Shown here one piece after another: positions 59,373 through 64,000 of a stretch of 64,000 bases of DNA. The notes below the pieces were generated by a model, which was not told the DNA's origin, searched no databases, and was given only the letters and a program-made list of their open reading frames with translations. The position numbers and the translations under genes are program-made. Numbering within the stretch: position 1 is the first letter of the stretch; the number at the start of each line of letters is the position of its first letter. The stretch comes from Nannocystales bacterium (lineage in GTDB: Bacteria; Myxococcota_A; Polyangia; Nannocystales; Nannocystaceae): positions 192,001 to 256,000 of the forward strand of contig JBOEGF010000010.1 of NCBI GenBank assembly GCA_050633305.1, given 5' to 3'.

Positions 59373-59461
59373 GAGGACGCCAGGGCCCAGCCTTGGAGCC
59401 GGGCTGGCGCGATTCGCCGAGAATTTCGGCGGGTCGCTCGCGGTCGCTACGGTCCCGCTCT

Positions 59462-60409
59462 ATGGCATGGATGCTAGGTGTTCCGTTTGTAGTGGCTCTT
59501 GGTTCGGTTGCGACTCAGCCGGCGTTGGATGACGATGGGTCCGCAGACGCCGAGGCTGGAGTGGTTCCGGAGGTCGGGACAGCAACGGGTACAGACGCCG
59601 ATGTGTCGGCAGATGCCGACGCGAGTGCGGACTGGCAGGCCGCGAGCGTTGACACGGGAGCGGAGGAGGACACGTCCGAGGAGACCTTCGAGGAGTCCGG
59701 TTCTTCCGGCGTCACCGGGTCGTTGAGTACCTCGACCGCGTCCGACGACGAGCTCGCCCCTATCGCAACGGCCACCGTGGAGTCTGGCGGTGGCGGCATC
59801 GATCCATTCGATGGTCGGCTTGGCGTGGGGGCGATTCGCACGATCGCGGGTCTCAACGGGATCAACCTGCGCTACTTCGTCACCGACAACTTCGCGATCG
59901 GTGGCAGCGCGGGGGTGGCGCTGTTCAGCTACAGCGAGAACGACCCCGAATCCACCGACCCGGTGTGTCCCGACCCGGAGTGTCGCCTCGAAGACTCTCG
60001 GACGGTCGCGTTCATGGCGTTCAACGTCGAGGGCTTGTACTTCCTCCATCTCGGTCGCGAAGCTGGCGCGCTTCCCTTTCGAGCCGACTTCGGGCTCGGC
60101 GGACGCTTCGGTGTGATGACATCGGCCAATGCTTCGGACGTCAGCAACAACCTTGATGACCCGACCGAGCTGCACATCGAGATCCCGCTCGTGTTTCAGC
60201 TGATGTTCGGGAACAACTTTGCGCTTTCGCCGGAACTCGGGATGGATTTCCGAATCATCCCTGGAAGCCGGGAAGACGGCGACTCCAACCCCGGCGTGAC
60301 CGGGACCGGCGTTGGCGGCTTTGGGGCCGTGGCAGGCCCCGGGTTCGGTTGGGATCTAACCCCAGGCGTCGGTCTCTTCGGCGGCGCCTCGATGCACTAC
60401 TACTTCTAG
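59462..60409 (+). CDS. hypothetical outer-membrane beta-barrel-like protein
   Basis: Signal-like N-terminus, acidic linker, amphipathic strands ending HYYF. Confidence 0.7.
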   Translation: MAWMLGVPFVVALGSVATQPALDDDGSADAEAGVVPEVGTATGTDADVSADADASADWQAASVDTGAEEDTSEETFEESGSSGVTGSLSTSTASDDELAPIATATVESGGGGIDPFDGRLGVGAIRTIAGLNGINLRYFVTDNFAIGGSAGVALFSYSENDPESTDPVCPDPECRLEDSRTVAFMAFNVEGLYFLHLGREAGALPFRADFGLGGRFGVMTSANASDVSNNLDDPTELHIEIPLVFQLMFGNNFALSPELGMDFRIIPGSREDGDSNPGVTGTGVGGFGAVAGPGFGWDLTPGVGLFGGASMHYYF

Positions 60410-60544
60410 TCGACACTCGCGTCATCCGGTCGAAGGGCTCGCTCGACCGCGGCTCGCGACGGGGTGCCCCGGCGCGCGGGACACCTGGCTTTTCTCGGTG
60501 GAGCGCGTAACGGATTCGCCCCCGCGACCGTACTCGGACGTGCG

Positions 60545-62158
60545 ATGGTCGGACATGAGCAGCGGGTTCTTGGGGACCGATGGCAGCTCGACGTTCAGCT
60601 CGGCGCTGGCGCCATGGGGGCGGTCTACGGCGGGCGGGACCTGGTCCTGGGACGCGAGGTCGCGGTCAAGGTCCTCGCACCCGACCTGCTCGACGACGAG
60701 ATGATGCTGGCGAGGTTCCGGCGCGAGGCCATGTCCTCGAGCCGCCTCGTTCATCCGAACATCGTGACAACGCTGGACTTCGGAGTCAGCGCGGATGTCC
60801 CGTACATCGTCATGGAGCTCGTTCCGGGCCACGCGCTCGACCAGCTGCTCGAGCATCACCGCCGACTGGCCGTTCTACGCGCCGTTCGCCTGGCGCGCGA
60901 CGTGGCGGCCGGCTTAGACGCAGCGCACCGCGCGGGCATCGTCCACCGAGACATCAAGCCTGGAAACGTGATGGTCACCGAGACCTCCGATGGCGAGCGC
61001 GCACGGATCGTCGACTTTGGGATCGCGCAGGCTGCCAGCGCCGGACCCAAGCTGACTCAGGTCGGAATCGCTGTCGGGACGCCGGGTTACGTGGCCCCCG
61101 AGCAACTCTCGGGCATGGTCGCGGACGGCCGCGCAGACATCTTCTCGCTAGGGGTGACGCTGTACGAGTCGCTCGCTGGCGCGTTGCCGTGGGTTGAGGA
61201 CGACCCCATCGCGCTTCTCACCGCGATCCTCCAAGACGCGCCCCGTGACCTTCGCCAGCTGCGACCCGAGGTTCCCGACGCTCTGCATGGGCTGGTGATG
61301 TCCATGTTGCACGCGAGGCCGCAGCTACGGCCCGCCACCGCGGGAGAGGTCGCCTCGCAACTCGATGCGTTGTTGCGTGAGCATGTCCCTGCGCACGACG
61401 TTTCATCCTCACGGCCCCTCGATTCCGAAGTCGTGCTCCCGCTTGCGGTCGCGTCACTTCATGTCGACCCCAACCTCGCCGCGCAGCAGCTCCGGTGGTT
61501 CACGCGGGTTGTCGAAGATGAGGGGGGTCGTATCGCCCAGTCGATTGGGCGAGAGGTTCTCGCGACGTTGCCCGCCGCGGAAGCGGCCCCCCGAGTCACG
61601 AGGACGCATCCCTCTGCGGACGTTCCTCGACCGAGCTTGGCACTCCACCAGGGTTCTGCGGCGATCGACGAAACGGGTATGGCGTTAGGATCTGGTGTTC
61701 GTGCCGTCCTGCGTTTGGCGCGACTCGCCGGCCCCGAAGAGGTCCTCCTCACCGCCGAGCTTCACGATGCCATCGGGCTCGGGTGGCGCAGTCGTCTCGA
61801 CCGTCGAGGGCGCTTTCTCCTCGACACCAACGTTCGTTGCGATGTCTTTGCGCTCCGCGGGACTTCCGATGCCCCCAGTGAGGCCGCATCGCTAGAGCGT
61901 GGCGAGGAGTCCATGCATTGGCGCTGCCCGTGCGGTGGCCACGGCAAGATCCCCGCCTCCTCCAGCACTTTGTTGAGAGTGCGCTGTTCCTTGTGCTCAC
62001 GTCTTCTCGAGGTGGATACGAGCCAGGACGCAGCTCCGATGGGTGAAGCCGACCATCCTCTGACCTCCATCGTTCTCACATCGCCGGCAACCCCGGGCTC
62101 TGCCGAAGAGTCCGAGGACCACCTCCTGATCTCGGCTCTGTCCGGATTCGACGACTGA
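60545..62158 (+). CDS. Ser/Thr kinase with degenerate cyclase-like domain and Zn ribbon
   Basis: GAGAMG, HRDIKPGN, DFGIA, GTPGYVAPEQ; later CPC...CSLC. Confidence 0.9.
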   Translation: MVGHEQRVLGDRWQLDVQLGAGAMGAVYGGRDLVLGREVAVKVLAPDLLDDEMMLARFRREAMSSSRLVHPNIVTTLDFGVSADVPYIVMELVPGHALDQLLEHHRRLAVLRAVRLARDVAAGLDAAHRAGIVHRDIKPGNVMVTETSDGERARIVDFGIAQAASAGPKLTQVGIAVGTPGYVAPEQLSGMVADGRADIFSLGVTLYESLAGALPWVEDDPIALLTAILQDAPRDLRQLRPEVPDALHGLVMSMLHARPQLRPATAGEVASQLDALLREHVPAHDVSSSRPLDSEVVLPLAVASLHVDPNLAAQQLRWFTRVVEDEGGRIAQSIGREVLATLPAAEAAPRVTRTHPSADVPRPSLALHQGSAAIDETGMALGSGVRAVLRLARLAGPEEVLLTAELHDAIGLGWRSRLDRRGRFLLDTNVRCDVFALRGTSDAPSEAASLERGEESMHWRCPCGGHGKIPASSSTLLRVRCSLCSRLLEVDTSQDAAPMGEADHPLTSIVLTSPATPGSAEESEDHLLISALSGFDD

Positions 62159-62172
62159 AAGGAAGACCCACC

Positions 62173-62940
62173 ATGACCGCCCAAGCCCAACCCGAGACCG
62201 CCGCCGACCGAGAAGTTCAGGACAAGTACGTCGCCCGACTACGAGCCCGGCTCGCCCGCCCAAAGATCACCGTTGAGGACGCGCGCGACGGCATCCTCGA
62301 CTGTTTTGTGTCCACGTACCATACGGGCGTGAAGCAGGGGCTCAAGGGCATCATCGGTGTCGACGCGTCGCCCGACCAAGTCGCGCAGGTCACCTCCCGC
62401 ATGTTCCGCGATCGGCTCGAAAAACGAGGGTTCAGCTTCGACGCTCCCAGCGTGGACGCGCTCAACGAAGTGAAGGAGGAACTCGACTCCGAATTCCACT
62501 TCTCTGAACTCCCCGCGGAGATGAGTGCAACCCACGACCAGGTCTGCTCCTTGCTGCTCGCCAAGGCCGACGGTCTGATTGCACACCACGGCGACCAATC
62601 TGTCGTGGGCAAGGACGGCCCTGCGTCCGCGGCACCCACCATTCGCGAGATGCAGAAGCCCCCTGTCGCGCGAGCGCCGGCTCCACGTCCGGACCGTACC
62701 GGAACTCGCGCTGCCGTGACTGTGCCACCCCCTGCCGTGCCACTGCGGCCGCCCACGGTCACCGCGACCCGGCCGACCGTGGTCGAGACAAGCCCGGTGA
62801 CCGACAACTTGAGACAAGCCCTGGCGGGCTATCTTGACGAGGTCCGAAAGGCGGCACCGCACGCCGAGCCCCTCGAGCTGTTGGCCCGACTCGATCGGGC
62901 GCGCTCGCTGGCACAGTCGATCGCGGACTTCAGCCAGTAG
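62173..62940 (+). CDS. hypothetical protein
   Basis: AGGAAG RBS; 14 nt after the kinase stop. Confidence 0.8.
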   Translation: MTAQAQPETAADREVQDKYVARLRARLARPKITVEDARDGILDCFVSTYHTGVKQGLKGIIGVDASPDQVAQVTSRMFRDRLEKRGFSFDAPSVDALNEVKEELDSEFHFSELPAEMSATHDQVCSLLLAKADGLIAHHGDQSVVGKDGPASAAPTIREMQKPPVARAPAPRPDRTGTRAAVTVPPPAVPLRPPTVTATRPTVVETSPVTDNLRQALAGYLDEVRKAAPHAEPLELLARLDRARSLAQSIADFSQ

Positions 62941-62980
62941 GGGGTCCACCGTCGGCCTCGAGGCGTCCGCTCGGACGCCG

Positions 62981-63403
62981 TCAACCTGATGTGGGTGCCG
63001 TGGCGCGACGCTTCTGCTCGATTCGCCCGGCGATCCACGCCACCACCAGGTACAGCGGTAGCTCCACAAGCATCCAAGTCGGGAGCTCCAGCTGCATCAT
63101 GTTCATGATGCCGCCGACCAGCGAGAGCACTCCAATGATCATCGCGAGGAGCATCGGCCTCGACGCGCCCAGTCGCGCAGCGGTCCACCCCCCGACGAAG
63201 GACTGGCCCAGGTGGGCCGCGAGCACGAGGATGAACGCCGTCGCAGGGAGCGGTGCGATGTACGCGTTCATCTGAACAGGGTCGTTCATGTCGATGCCTG
63301 CGGGCATGGGAAAGAGGACGTAGGCGTTGAGCATGACCAGGGCCATGTTTGTGGCCATGCCTGCGGCGAGACCGGCGAATACGGCGAGGACGTTGCGAAT
63401 CAT
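62981..63403 (-). CDS. hypothetical membrane protein
   Basis: Four hydrophobic segments; MIRNVLAVFAG. Confidence 0.8.
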   Translation of the reverse strand: MIRNVLAVFAGLAAGMATNMALVMLNAYVLFPMPAGIDMNDPVQMNAYIAPLPATAFILVLAAHLGQSFVGGWTAARLGASRPMLLAMIIGVLSLVGGIMNMMQLELPTWMLVELPLYLVVAWIAGRIEQKRRATAPTSG

Positions 63404-63501
63404 TGCAGTTCTCCGGGCGGCTCCCAGGCGTACCACAGCCAGCTGCGGCCTCGAACCACGGACGCCGCCACAGCTCCGGGGCGATCGCGTAGTCTGCTCG
63501 C

Positions 63502-64000
63502 ATGACTTCGGACAGCTTGCCCGTGCTCGCGCTCCTGGGGATTGGATTCGGATCGTTGGGTTGTGGGGAGGGCACTCCCCAGGACACAGACTCTCCGGGA
63601 CTCACTGCCGCCACTGGGGAGGCGTTGAGCACGACGAGCGGGGCTGGGTCGACGGGGGAAAGCGAGGCTTCCGTCACGTCGGGAACCGGAGTCTCGGGCA
63701 CGGCGGGGCCGGGCAGCGCGTCGGCCTCGCCGGACGCGGAGTCAGGCCCTCCCCCAGTGACGTTCGACTTGGGGATTCTCCCCGACATCGGGGAACTCCA
63801 GATGTCGGGCTGCCAAGGGATCGACTTCCTGTTCGTGATCGACAACTCCGGCAGCATGACCCAGCAGCAGACTCAGCTACTCGCGAGCTTCTCTGGGTTC
63901 ATCGACGCGATCCAGACCTCGCTCGAGAACGTCGATTCCTATCATGTCGGTGTCGTCACCAGCGACAACTACGGGGGCAACGCGCCGGGCTGCAACACCA
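63502..64000 (+). CDS. vWA-like myxobacterial lipoprotein (runs off the window end)
   Basis: SLGC lipobox, linker, IDFLFVIDNSGSM, YHVGVVTSD. Confidence 0.8.
   Translation, partial: MTSDSLPVLALLGIGFGSLGCGEGTPQDTDSPGLTAATGEALSTTSGAGSTGESEASVTSGTGVSGTAGPGSASASPDAESGPPPVTFDLGILPDIGELQMSGCQGIDFLFVIDNSGSMTQQQTQLLASFSGFIDAIQTSLENVDSYHVGVVTSDNYGGNAPGCNT

Overview
GC-rich bacterial chromosomal window. The gene content points to a Myxococcota (Nannocystaceae-like) genome by inference: many Cys-rich and Ser/Thr-linker lipoproteins, ECF sigma factors, Ser/Thr kinases and an spdEFG1-type EF-G. It holds about 58 CDSs, mostly housekeeping, regulatory or secreted proteins, and I see no rRNA, canonical tRNA, CRISPR array or transposase. 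Main highlight: an uncharacterised 246-aa gene (44172-44912) is followed by a ~480-nt highly structured non-coding region (44920-45401). That region contains two circularly permuted, anticodon-less tRNA-like domains, repeated CAAACT(C/G)A motifs and a terminator, making it a candidate new protein-RNA system with Y-RNA-like topology but no Ro60 gene in the window. Other highlights: (1) a selenoprotein missed by the ORF track (peroxiredoxin-like, UxxC, with SECIS hairpin); (2) an LDL-receptor-repeat lipoprotein with a C-terminal ADP-ribosyltransferase-like toxin domain; (3) a duplicated TetR promoter/operator cassette; (4) long uORF-containing leaders before the EF-G paralogue and rsgA. All family calls come from motif recognition by eye, not database searches.
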